64,000 bases of DNA from Candidatus Pyrohabitans jungbluthii. GTDB lineage: Archaea; Hydrothermarchaeota; Hydrothermarchaeia; Hydrothermarchaeales; BMS3B. The first letter of the stretch is position 1; each line of letters starts with the position of its first letter. Positions 47,752 to 56,422 of the stretch are shown here, piece after piece. Made by a program: the position numbers and the translations under genes. The DNA is taken from the NCBI GenBank assembly GCA_002010065.2, contig MTMD02000008.1, positions 330,758 through 394,757 of the forward strand, written 5' to 3'. A model generated the notes under the pieces. The model was not told where the DNA came from, did no database searches, and saw nothing but the letters and a program-made list of their open reading frames with translations.

Positions 47752-48441
47752 TTATCCCCACTCTGTGGTGTACTTCTGGTTAATCACGCTGGGTGCAGTC
47801 TTCTTGACCGTTGTTGTCTGTCCTGCCTTGGGCTGCACTGTGAGCACAAACTGATCGTCCGGGTCAAGAGGCACGTCGGTGCCGTCGTTCTTCTCAAGCC
47901 AGAAGAGTATCTCTATTATCTCCCCCGGCTCAAGCACTTCGTTGGGCGTTGAATCTCTGTCCTTCAGCCTGCGGATGTAGAACTGAGCCTTGTCGTAGTC
48001 TGTACCCGAACTGAGATTGGCATTCTCTATGCCAGAAGCGATGCCCCCACTGAGGGAGTACAGACTGTCGCTCAATGCTTTTGTACTGTTGTACTTGATG
48101 CCACTCACGTAGGTGTCTCCCTCCTGGTAGGTGAGCACTATGTCCTCATACTTGACGTCGCCGCTGCCAGAGGCGAGCTGCGCCGTGAGGATGAGTGCCC
48201 TTATCTTCTTGTTGCTCGTGGTGTCGTTACTGTAGCCCACGACGTTCGTAACCTTGATGTTCGTTGAGACTTCTTTTGTTGCTTGTTCACCTGTCACCGT
48301 GGCCTTCTGCTGAAGTCCACCCGACGTCTTGAGAAGAACGCCCGCTGCCACCGCTGCAACCAGGATCATCGCTATGAAGATTATCAGTGTGCCAATTCCT
48401 ACCTGCGCTCGCTTGTCCCTGAAAAATTTCTCACCCCTCAT
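47752..48441 (-). CDS. arlB: Archaellin
   Basis: KRA/QVGIGTLIIFIAMILVAA; ATG at 48441 after GGAGGTGA. Confidence 0.95.
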   Translation of the reverse strand: MRGEKFFRDKRAQVGIGTLIIFIAMILVAAVAAGVLLKTSGGLQQKATVTGEQATKEVSTNIKVTNVVGYSNDTTSNKKIRALILTAQLASGSGDVKYEDIVLTYQEGDTYVSGIKYNSTKALSDSLYSLSGGIASGIENANLSSGTDYDKAQFYIRRLKDRDSTPNEVLEPGEIIEILFWLEKNDGTDVPLDPDDQFVLTVQPKAGQTTTVKKTAPSVINQKYTTEWG

Positions 48442-49121
48442 ATTCCAATCACCTCCATAAAATGGAAGAGAAGGCAGGGGAGGGCATTTTCTCCCTATCC
48501 CCACTCAGTTATGAACTGCTGGGAAATCACGCTGGGCACTGTCTTCTTGACCGTGGTAGTCTGTCCTGCCTTGGGCTGCACTGTGAGCACAAACTGGTCG
48601 TCTGGTGCCAATGGATTGGTCAGCGCCAGCTCGTTGCCGCTGTTGTCCACCAGCCAGTAGACGATCTCTATTATCTCCCCAGGCTCCAGCACGGTATTGG
48701 GAGTGGAATCCTTGTCCTTGAGTCTGCGGATTTCGAAGACCGCTTTGTTCTGTGAGTCTGCTGTAGTGTTAACATTTTCCAGCGCGTCAGTGAGACTCAG
48801 TACGCCACCATAGGCGATGCCGCTCACGTAGGTGTCGCCTTCCTGGTAGGTGAGCACTATGTCGTCGTACTTCACATCCCCGCTACCAGAGGCAAGCTGA
48901 GCGGTGAGAATGATGGCATCAACGCGGTTGTTGTTGGTATTGTTGGTGTAGCCCACGACGTTCGTAACCTTGATGTTCGTTGAGACTTCTTTTGTTGCTT
49001 GTTCACCTGTCACCGTGGCCTTCTGCTGAAGTCCACCCGACGTCTTGAGAAGAACGCCCGCTGCCACCGCTGCAACCAGGATCATCGCTATGAAGATTAT
49101 CAGAGTGCCAATTCCTACCTG
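48231..49121. repeat. 175-nt direct repeat shared by two tandem archaellin 5' regions
   Basis: 48231-48405 versus 48947-49121, one mismatch seen (48388/49104). Confidence 0.9.
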
Positions 49122-49157
49122 TGCTTTCCTGTTTCTCAGAAACTCCCCAACCTTCAT
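48495..49157 (-). CDS. arlB: Archaellin
   Basis: RKA/QVGIGTLIIFIAMILVAA; GGAGG SD. Confidence 0.95.
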   Translation of the reverse strand: MKVGEFLRNRKAQVGIGTLIIFIAMILVAAVAAGVLLKTSGGLQQKATVTGEQATKEVSTNIKVTNVVGYTNNTNNNRVDAIILTAQLASGSGDVKYDDIVLTYQEGDTYVSGIAYGGVLSLTDALENVNTTADSQNKAVFEIRRLKDKDSTPNTVLEPGEIIEIVYWLVDNSGNELALTNPLAPDDQFVLTVQPKAGQTTTVKKTVPSVISQQFITEWG

Positions 49158-49217
49158 ACAACCCCTCCTATTAGGTTTTAAGAACTAACACCCTGAGAAT
49201 TGTATATATAATTTTTT

Positions 49218-49232
49218 TTTCGAGCTTCGAAA
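49218..49232 (-). promoter_or_regulatory. Perfect TTTCG-N5-CGAAA box at the promoter of the tandem archaellins
   Basis: TTTCG AGCTT CGAAA (plus strand); on the minus strand 7 nt to TATATATA. Confidence 0.78.
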
Positions 49233-49317
49233 CCACGGTTCAGATTGTGTGGATATTTTATTACACAAATATATACGTATTGTAAAAATAAAATTTTCAA
49301 TCCTATATATTTATATT

Positions 49318-49812
49318 TCATTTGATTAACTGCCACCATGCATTGTGAAAATATGAAAAATCGCATGAATTATCATAAGCAGATAAGAATCTATTGGAAT
49401 ACCTATCCAGATAAACTTCCACGCGCCATTTTTGATTTTTTGGGTCATATTTAAATTTTCTGTCCGCAAACAATTTTTCAAGCTCCAGAGTATTTATTAT
49501 AAAGAAATCATAGTCTATCGCATTCCTCTCGCTTTGGTCAAAATGAACCCCCACTAATACATAGAAGACATTCTCGCTAAGTATCTCCCTGTGAAGCATC
49601 CTTGATATTTCCCACCAGTAGCTGTACTGCGCTCCTCTGGGTAGATATCTGTCGAAGTACTTTTTGCTTGTTTTTATCTGAAGAGCTATAAACTTATTCC
49701 TGTTATACCCGACAACATCTATTCCTTTATCTTTCACCGGAGCAAAGCTGCCAAATTCCATGTGTGTGAGGCGATGGAAGACCTCCAAAACGCCTAAGCT
49801 GCCGGTATCCAA
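49318..49812 (-). CDS. PD-(D/E)xK nuclease-fold protein
   Basis: G..EV...L....F.P..DKGIDVV....FIALQIKTS; probable TTG start at 49812. Confidence 0.65.
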   Translation of the reverse strand: MDTGSLGVLEVFHRLTHMEFGSFAPVKDKGIDVVGYNRNKFIALQIKTSKKYFDRYLPRGAQYSYWWEISRMLHREILSENVFYVLVGVHFDQSERNAIDYDFFIINTLELEKLFADRKFKYDPKNQKWRVEVYLDRYSNRFLSAYDNSCDFSYFHNAWWQLIK

Positions 49813-49861
49813 GGCTTCGCACCAAGTAGTTTGAAGCTCCTTAAAAAAGATATAATTTATT

Positions 49862-49876
49862 TTTCGAACTCCGAAA
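49862..49876. promoter_or_regulatory. Perfect TTTCG-N5-CGAAA box between divergent genes
   Basis: TTTCG AACTC CGAAA flanked by TATA-like elements on both sides (7 nt minus, 9 nt plus). Confidence 0.75.
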
Positions 49877-49912
49877 CAATAAAGATTTATAACCTCTCGA
49901 GAAGGTGCTTCC

Positions 49913-50257
49913 ATGGGGGGTAATAAAAAGGAAAATCTTGAACTACGAGCCTACAAACTTGGTTTTGAGGTCGGCTTCCACACACACGACGAATGGACAA
50001 GCTGGGTCTGGAAGGAGAAAAAGAAGATTTTTGATGAGGCAAGGAAAAGCAAACTTCTGGATAGAATAGAAGTTGCATATGAAAGGGGCAAATTTGAGGG
50101 TTTTTTGAGAAAAAAGAGAATGAAGGGAAAGGAGAGTATAATTAAGAATAAGTCAGGAATAAAAGTTATAGAAAAGCCATCATTTATCTCAAAACCTGCA
50201 ATGACGGATGTTATGAAAGCAGTTCTTCTACCAAAATTTCTCAAATTTTTTAAATAG
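49913..50257 (+). CDS. Conserved-type hypothetical protein of archaeal chemotaxis loci
   Basis: AYKLGFEVG..H.EW..W..AYERGK.EG pattern recalled from Thermococcales che clusters (not database-verified). Confidence 0.6.
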   Translation: MGGNKKENLELRAYKLGFEVGFHTHDEWTSWVWKEKKKIFDEARKSKLLDRIEVAYERGKFEGFLRKKRMKGKESIIKNKSGIKVIEKPSFISKPAMTDVMKAVLLPKFLKFFK

Positions 50258-50975
50258 TTTTAAGAAGACTGGTGATTCTTATACCATTTTTAGTTATTTC
50301 GAATCTGCGGAGGTTACAATCATGCTTTGTGCCCCGCATTTTTATTATCTGAATCGCCCGTGTCATCTGGGAATTTGAAAGAAAGTTGTGGAGGAAGATT
50401 ACCCCATGGGCAAGGAAGTGCTCCGGAAGATACCTCTCCGGGTCAGTCATTTCGGAGAGCAGCAGGGTGGTGCACCCGATTTTCTGAAGCCCCCGCATAA
50501 ACTCCCCCATCTGTTTCTTCTCAAACCTCGGATCGGCGCCTATAAATTTGATGGCGGAGAGGGAGTCTATCACGAGCCTTTTAATCCCTCTGAACTTCAC
50601 GTGCTCGGAGATTCTCGAAAGAAGCTGCTTGTAGGTTGGAAACTCCACAGAGGTCTCCAGCATTTCCCCAATGTCCATGAACAGGAGCTTTCCAGATGTA
50701 ACAAGTTCTTCTATTTTGAAGGAAAAGGAAGTCATATCAGATATTATGTTCTCTACATCCTCCACAAGAGAGACAAAAAGGCCACGCTCCCCCTGCCAAG
50801 CACCGCAGGCAAGGAACTGCACTCCAAAGGTGGTCTTTCCACTGCCCGGAGGGCCACTAACCACATAAATTCTGTTGGGCAAAAGACCGCCCTCAATCAG
50901 GGAGTCCAGCCCGGTGATGCCTGTATTTACTCGAGTTTTAGGCCTAGGTGTTCTAAGAGCTGCCATCAATTTCAT
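50250..50975 (-). CDS. Single-domain KaiC-like RecA-superfamily ATPase
   Basis: TGITGLD, GPPGSGKT, LVIDS, HGVIFL, KMRG. Confidence 0.9.
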   Translation of the reverse strand: MKLMAALRTPRPKTRVNTGITGLDSLIEGGLLPNRIYVVSGPPGSGKTTFGVQFLACGAWQGERGLFVSLVEDVENIISDMTSFSFKIEELVTSGKLLFMDIGEMLETSVEFPTYKQLLSRISEHVKFRGIKRLVIDSLSAIKFIGADPRFEKKQMGEFMRGLQKIGCTTLLLSEMTDPERYLPEHFLAHGVIFLHNFLSNSQMTRAIQIIKMRGTKHDCNLRRFEITKNGIRITSLLKTI

Positions 50976-51017
50976 TCCCCGTATGATGAGTTCTTAAAGA
51001 ACTAATTAAAGATTTTT

Positions 51018-51032
51018 TTTCATTTCTCGAAA
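51018..51032 (-). promoter_or_regulatory. TTTCG-N5-CGAAA box upstream of the KaiC-like gene (divergent from cheB)
   Basis: On the minus strand TTTCG AGAAA TGAAA, 7 nt, TTTAATTA. Confidence 0.7.
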
Positions 51033-51104
51033 CATATCCAGAAGGATTAACCTTAAAAGAATCTTATTTAAGCTAAAGTTTAGCACAAATTTCGGAGGGA
51101 ATGG

Positions 51105-52127
51105 ATGGGGGAGCGCATAAAAGTACTCGTAGTAGACGACTCGGCATTAATGCGCAAGCTGATTTCAGACATGATTAATTCCTCACCAGACTGCGAGGTT
51201 ATAGGCATAGCAAGAGACGGAGAAGAAGCTATTGAAAAGGTAAACCAGCTTCGTCCGGACGTTGTTACCCTCGACGTGGAGATGCCCCGTATTAATGGCT
51301 TAGAGGCGCTGGCGCACATCATGATGCACATGCCCACGCCTGTGATAATGCTCTCGGCACTCACAAAGGAAGGCGCGGAAACAACAATGAGAGCGCTTGA
51401 GCTGGGTGCCGTCGATTTTATCGCCAAACCTGGAGGAAAGAGTATATCCGTGGGCATAGAGGAAATAAAGGAAGAGCTTTTGAAAAAGATACGCGTGGCT
51501 GCGCGTGCGAAGCCTAAGAGGCTTTATATTCGTAGGAAAAAGAAGCATTTACTGCCGAAAAAACTGCGTGAAAACATTGCTATCGTCTTCGGCGCTTCCA
51601 CAGGTGGACCGGGAACTTTGATGGATATACTTCAAGCTTTACCCGCCGACATGCCCCCTGTTTTTATAGTCCAGCACATGCCCCCTGGCTTCACCTCCTC
51701 CTTCGCGAAGAGACTTAATGCCCTTTCTCGCTTTGAGGTTAAAGAAGCGGAGGATGGGGACGTCATAGAGTCTGGGGTGGGGTATGTAGCACCAGGAGAT
51801 TACCACATGGTCATCCGGAGAGGTCGCATAAGGCTCACTAAGGAACCAAAGCTGCATGGCGTAAGACCTGCGGTGGACAAGACCATGGAAAGTGCAGCAG
51901 AGGTCTACGGGAAAAACACCATCGGTGTTCTTCTCACTGGAATGGGTAACGACGGAGCGGAGGGGCTCAAAAAAATCAGGGCCTTAGGGGGTAGGACAAT
52001 CGTTGAAGACAGCTCCACCTGCGTGGTCTTCGGCATGCCCAAGGCTGCGATCGAAGCTGGGGCAGCTGAAGTTATCGCCCCCAACTATAGAATCGCTGAC
52101 GAGATTATAAGGATGCTGGGAGAATGA
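51105..52127 (+). CDS. cheB: Chemotaxis methylesterase CheB
   Basis: Receiver domain plus GASTGGP, VQHMP, LTGMGNDG. Confidence 0.97.
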   Translation: MGERIKVLVVDDSALMRKLISDMINSSPDCEVIGIARDGEEAIEKVNQLRPDVVTLDVEMPRINGLEALAHIMMHMPTPVIMLSALTKEGAETTMRALELGAVDFIAKPGGKSISVGIEEIKEELLKKIRVAARAKPKRLYIRRKKKHLLPKKLRENIAIVFGASTGGPGTLMDILQALPADMPPVFIVQHMPPGFTSSFAKRLNALSRFEVKEAEDGDVIESGVGYVAPGDYHMVIRRGRIRLTKEPKLHGVRPAVDKTMESAAEVYGKNTIGVLLTGMGNDGAEGLKKIRALGGRTIVEDSSTCVVFGMPKAAIEAGAAEVIAPNYRIADEIIRMLGE

Positions 52128-52939
52128 TCACCTCAAGCCAGGACTATTTCCCGCTGCTGAAAAGGAAGATTAAGGACATTATGGACTTCAATAGCGAATT
52201 CTACGAAGACAAACATCTGAGGAGAAGGGTTGCCATCAGAATGCGTGCCCTCGACATCGCCTCCTACAGAGAATACCTGAGGATACTAGAAAGGGACAGA
52301 GATGAGCGCATAAAACTTTCAAAGGTTCTCACGGTCAATGTCACAGAATTCTTCCGCAATCCAGAGACCTTTGAGGTTATCAGGCGCGACGTATTACCTG
52401 AACTGATTAAGCTCAAGCTGAACAACAGCAGTAGGGTGCTCCGCCTGTGGAGCGCCGGATGTGCTGACGGCAAAGAGCCCTATTCTCTTGCGATGCTCAT
52501 AAAAGATGTGCTCAACGGAAGAGATGACTTCATGGTAAAGATAATGGCAACTGATATAGATATAGACAGTCTTGAAAAGGCAAGACTCGGCATATATCAC
52601 AAGGACGAGTTGAGGGGGATAAGAAAGGACTACCTTAAGAAGTACTTTGAAAAGACCGCAAGGGGCTACAGGGTAAAGGAGGAAATAAGGAAGATGGTGA
52701 CATTTGAGCGCAGGGATCTAATCTCAGATAGAAAGTACAAGGTTATGGACGTAATACTGTGCAGGAATGTGATTATATACTTCTCGAAGGAGTTAAAAGA
52801 AAAGCTGTTTATGGACTTCTATGACTCGCTAAACACAGGCGGTTTTCTGATTCTGGGTAAGACTGAGAACTTGACCGGCCCTGCAAGGAAAAAATTTGTG
52901 GTGTACAACAATGTTGAAAGAATTTATAGAAAGATGTAG
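52124..52939 (+). CDS. cheR: Chemotaxis methyltransferase CheR
   Basis: TVNVTEFFRN, WSAGC, ATDID, CRNVIIYF. Confidence 0.96.
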   Translation: MITSSQDYFPLLKRKIKDIMDFNSEFYEDKHLRRRVAIRMRALDIASYREYLRILERDRDERIKLSKVLTVNVTEFFRNPETFEVIRRDVLPELIKLKLNNSSRVLRLWSAGCADGKEPYSLAMLIKDVLNGRDDFMVKIMATDIDIDSLEKARLGIYHKDELRGIRKDYLKKYFEKTARGYRVKEEIRKMVTFERRDLISDRKYKVMDVILCRNVIIYFSKELKEKLFMDFYDSLNTGGFLILGKTENLTGPARKKFVVYNNVERIYRKM

Positions 52940-53022
52940 GGGAACCCTAAAAGGGCCCCCCTCCCCCACACCTTTCCCCGGAGGTATTGAGTTATCTGTA
53001 ATAGTAATATAAGTAGATTATC

Positions 53023-53037
53023 TTTCGAATTCTGAAA
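53023..53037 (-). promoter_or_regulatory. TTTCG-N5-CGAAA box with no downstream ORF
   Basis: On the minus strand TTTCAGAATTCGAAA, identical to the 10674 copy; TATA-like CTTATATT 9 nt downstream. Confidence 0.6.
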
Positions 53038-53206
53038 CACGCGGTTTACTGTGCCATATGTGCCATTAGTTTGTGCAGGCACCGTTGCAGCACGATGCGT
53101 TTAAGTTTTATTAATATTTCTTAAAATAAGATTTAATTATTCCTGAACTGCCCACAACAAAATGGAGAAATGTCAGAATCTGCAGCCATGCTGCTATACA
53201 TTTAAG

Positions 53207-54469
53207 TTACTCCAGCTCCCTAGGGTCAGTGATTCGCCCAGTAACAGCGCTCGCAGCGACCACAGCAGGGTTGGCGAGGTATACCTCGCTTTCCTTGTGG
53301 CCCATCCTGCCTATGAAGTTGCGATTCGTCGAGGAGATCGCCCGCTCGCCCTTGCCCAGGACGCCCATATAGCCACCTAAGCAGGCACCGCAGGTTGGGC
53401 CTGAGACAAAGGCTCCAGCCTCGACAAATGTCTCAACAAGACCCTCACGAATCGCCTGCTGGTAAACCTCCTGCGTCGCGGGTACGACGATCATGCGCAC
53501 ATTGGGATGAACCTTCCGCCCGCGCAGTATCTTAGCTGCTACACGCAGGTCCTCTATTCTGCCATTGGTGCAGGAGCCTAGGTATGCCTGATCTATAGTT
53601 ATGTCGCCAAGCTCACTCGCCGGCGAGGTGTTGCTCGGCAAAAAGGGCTTAGCCACAGTGGGGGGGATCTCTTTCGCATCGTAGGTGAAGGTCTCCTCAT
53701 AGCTTGCGTCGTCGTCGGCGTAAACAGGCTCATAGGCGCCGCGAACCCTGCCCTTGAGGTATTCGAAGACCTTCTCGTCAGGGGGTATAATCCCCGCCTT
53801 GCCTCCTGCCTCAATTGCCATGTTGGCTATGCTTATCCTGTCGGCCAAGCTCAGGCTTGTAATCGCTGAGCCGTAGAACTCCATCGCCTTGTACAGCGCG
53901 CCATCCACGCCTATATCGCCGATGATGTGGAGGATGATATCCTTTCCCATCACATACTTGCCAAGCTTGCCCTCTACAACAAAGCGCAGGCTCTCAGGCA
54001 CGCGGAACCACAGCTTACCCAGTGCCATTACACTCGCAGCTTCTGTGGAACCAACGCCAGTAGCAAAAGCGCCAAGGGCGCCGTAGCTGCAGGTATGGGA
54101 GTCTGCCCCTACAATAAGCCTTCCAGGGGCGACGAAGCCCTGCTCTATCATCACCTGGTGGCATACCCCGCCTCGACCTACTTCGAAGTAGTGGGGAAGG
54201 TTATACTTCCGGGCAAACTCCCGCATCGCCTTGGCTTGTTCTGCACTGGGGATGTCCTTATTTGGGACGTAGTGGTCAGGGATAAGCACCGTTTTTTCTT
54301 TAATGGGCTTAGCACGCTCCCCAAAGCGCTTAAAAACTTCAAAAGCGGGCAAACCCGTGATGTCATTCACCATAACATAATCCACTTCAGCTTCTACAAT
54401 CTCACCCGGCGAAACTTCGCGCTTGCCAGCCTTCTTTGCCAGGATTTTCTCAGATATGGTTGCGCCCAT
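53207..54469 (-). CDS. Isopropylmalate/homoaconitate dehydratase large subunit (LeuC/HacA family)
   Basis: DHYVP, GADSHT, GSCTNGR, CGACLG, NRNF. Confidence 0.93.
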   Translation of the reverse strand: MGATISEKILAKKAGKREVSPGEIVEAEVDYVMVNDITGLPAFEVFKRFGERAKPIKEKTVLIPDHYVPNKDIPSAEQAKAMREFARKYNLPHYFEVGRGGVCHQVMIEQGFVAPGRLIVGADSHTCSYGALGAFATGVGSTEAASVMALGKLWFRVPESLRFVVEGKLGKYVMGKDIILHIIGDIGVDGALYKAMEFYGSAITSLSLADRISIANMAIEAGGKAGIIPPDEKVFEYLKGRVRGAYEPVYADDDASYEETFTYDAKEIPPTVAKPFLPSNTSPASELGDITIDQAYLGSCTNGRIEDLRVAAKILRGRKVHPNVRMIVVPATQEVYQQAIREGLVETFVEAGAFVSGPTCGACLGGYMGVLGKGERAISSTNRNFIGRMGHKESEVYLANPAVVAASAVTGRITDPRELE

Positions 54470-54545
54470 GGTGTGCCTCCATGACGTGGGGCAAGATTAA
54501 TCAGGATAATAATTTTTATTAACCCCTCCCTAGGTAGAAAAAGCC

Positions 54546-54710
54546 CTACTTCTTCTCCTTCCACACAGTGTAGCCGCACTTCCCGCAGGAGAGGCGGTTG
54601 CTGTGCTCAGCCATGAACACACCTTCGCCGCACCTGGGGCAAGATTGGCGCTTCCTCTCCAGCTTATCACCTTTAACCTCATAGTATTTCCACTTCTGCG
54701 TCATAATCAT
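54546..54710 (-). CDS. rps27ae: 30S ribosomal protein S27ae (not in ORF track)
   Basis: Manual translation ..[26 protein letters not shown]. Confidence 0.95.
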   Translation of the reverse strand: MIMTQKWKYYEVKGDKLERKRQSCPRCGEGVFMAEHSNRLSCGKCGYTVWKEKK

Positions 54711-54714
54711 CGCC

Positions 54715-55077
54715 TCACTCGCTTTCGCTCTTCTCTTCCTTTTCCTTGGCTTCCTCTTTTATTGGAATCTCCTTGCCAGCCTTCAACGCTGCGATCTCCT
54801 CCTCAGAGAAGTTCTTTCGCAGGACATGCTCCTCCTCAACGCTCAGCATAGCATCGCGGCTCTCGTATATCTTAACATAGGCTATGCTCTCCCGGGCACC
54901 AAAGCGGGAGCGCAGACTATGGAGGATTACCCTGTCCCTGCTCGCATCCTTAAGGGCTATAATCTTCTCTCTCACCTCAGCCCTGCGCGGAGTAGCTCCG
55001 TTATGACTCACCTTAACCTTGAGCTCAACCCTTTTAAGAAGCGGATTCTCCTTCTCCTCAAGTATCTCTATCTCCAC
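54715..55077 (-). CDS. rps24e: 30S ribosomal protein S24e
   Basis: [20 protein letters not shown]; GTG start. Confidence 0.93.
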   Translation of the reverse strand: MEIEILEEKENPLLKRVELKVKVSHNGATPRRAEVREKIIALKDASRDRVILHSLRSRFGARESIAYVKIYESRDAMLSVEEEHVLRKNFSEEEIAALKAGKEIPIKEEAKEKEEKSESE

Positions 55078-55088
55078 GCTACCACCTC

Positions 55089-55616
55089 TCACTTTTTCAA
55101 CCACTCGTCCTTGCTGAATATGACCTTGAAGATTGAGCCAGCGTTGAACTTGGCGTCGTCATCCACATGAACAAGCACCACACCTTCGTTCGGCTGCCCA
55201 TATATAATATCGTCGCCCCACTCCGCTTCGATTATGCACGGGAGCACCGCAAGGTCTTCCTCACCCTCGACGAGCACAACCTGTTCGCCCTCACTGTGAA
55301 GCGCCTCATGTATCGCATCCCACAGTTGCTTTGTTATCCAGCCAGCGGGGTTCTTCACCCTTCTCACTTCTCCAGATAGCTCGTACTCATCTATCTCCTC
55401 CCGTTTGACCTTGTAGTCAATTACAGCCAGCTTTGGCTTCAGCCCAAGCTTCAAAGCGTTGCGGTAGCTCTCATCGCCCACTACAATAAGGTTGCCATCG
55501 CCCAGCTCTTCTTTGGCTAGCTTCATCGCCTCGATGCCCTCGCCGCTGAAGAGTTTCCCCATGGGCTTGCGCAGGTAGCTCCTGAGCTCGTCGGGTAGCT
55601 TTAAGTCCTCCATCAT
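55089..55616 (-). CDS. GTP-dependent dephospho-CoA kinase (DUF359)
   Basis: VGD, IDYKVKR, NPAG, VEGEEDL, YGQP. Confidence 0.9.
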   Translation of the reverse strand: MMEDLKLPDELRSYLRKPMGKLFSGEGIEAMKLAKEELGDGNLIVVGDESYRNALKLGLKPKLAVIDYKVKREEIDEYELSGEVRRVKNPAGWITKQLWDAIHEALHSEGEQVVLVEGEEDLAVLPCIIEAEWGDDIIYGQPNEGVVLVHVDDDAKFNAGSIFKVIFSKDEWLKK

Positions 55617-55804
55617 TTAATCCTCAGAGCAAACTTACCCTTAGCATTGATACCCAGCTTCTGGGCAATCTCCGACTTCTCCGGCGAGATAATTCTCACA
55701 TAACCCAGCCAGTCGGGCGAAGTGGGTGCATTGCAGTACACGCACACCTCCTGACTGGTGTATATCCTTCCGCACTCCTTGCACGCTCTTTCCTTTTTAG
55801 CCAT
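55613..55804 (-). CDS. spt4: Transcription elongation factor Spt4 (RpoE'')
   Basis: ACKEC..CVYC, SEIAQKLGI..GKFAL. Confidence 0.92.
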   Translation of the reverse strand: MAKKERACKECGRIYTSQEVCVYCNAPTSPDWLGYVRIISPEKSEIAQKLGINAKGKFALRIK

Positions 55805-55806
55805 GC

Positions 55807-56403
55807 CTACTTCTCCTTCTTCTTAGCCTTCTGCTTCTCCTCCATAATCCACTCAAACTTGCCCAGGGCGGGCTGACGCATGGTGAGATTAATCTTGGAC
55901 TCTTTGGTCTTCTCAGGATTCAGGCTCACCGCAACAACGCGCGCGCGCACGCGGTCGCCCACCTCAAGCGCTCTGCGTGTTTCCTTGCCCACCAGCGCTC
56001 CCCGCTTCTTGTCGTACACTATGAAGTCGTCGGTAAGCTGGGAAACGTGCACCAGACCATCGAAGCTCGCAAAGCGCACAAAGGCGCCGAAGTCCACAAT
56101 TTCCACCACTTCACCGTCGACGATCTCATGAAGCTCTGGCTTAAACACCAGCATCTCAAAGGTTGTGGGGTGGTAGGCTGCACCGTCGCCGGGGATCACT
56201 CGCCCATCCTCTATGTCCACTATCTTTGTTACGGCGAGTATCATTCCCAGCTCCGGATGGAGCCTGCCCTCATAGCCACCTTCCTGCCTGCCACGGTAGT
56301 CATAGCCCCGCTTGAGGATGTCCATTACTGTCTCCTCAAGCTTTGTGCCGAAGCGCTCAGGAGGCACGCGCACCAGTTCCTTCATCACCGCTAACTTGAA
56401 TAT
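55807..56403 (-). CDS. rpo7: RNA polymerase subunit E' (Rpo7)
   Basis: VRVPPERFG, GDGAAYH, S1 domain DGLVHVSQ, LTMRQP; probable ATA start. Confidence 0.93.
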   Translation of the reverse strand: MFKLAVMKELVRVPPERFGTKLEETVMDILKRGYDYRGRQEGGYEGRLHPELGMILAVTKIVDIEDGRVIPGDGAAYHPTTFEMLVFKPELHEIVDGEVVEIVDFGAFVRFASFDGLVHVSQLTDDFIVYDKKRGALVGKETRRALEVGDRVRARVVAVSLNPEKTKESKINLTMRQPALGKFEWIMEEKQKAKKKEK

Positions 56404-56422
56404 GGGAATTCCTCCTTCAAAG

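Noticed and set aside
50250-50975. Calling the ATPase ArlH (FlaH)
   Set aside because: It is not adjacent to arlI/J and has generic KaiC-like features, so it is left unnamed.
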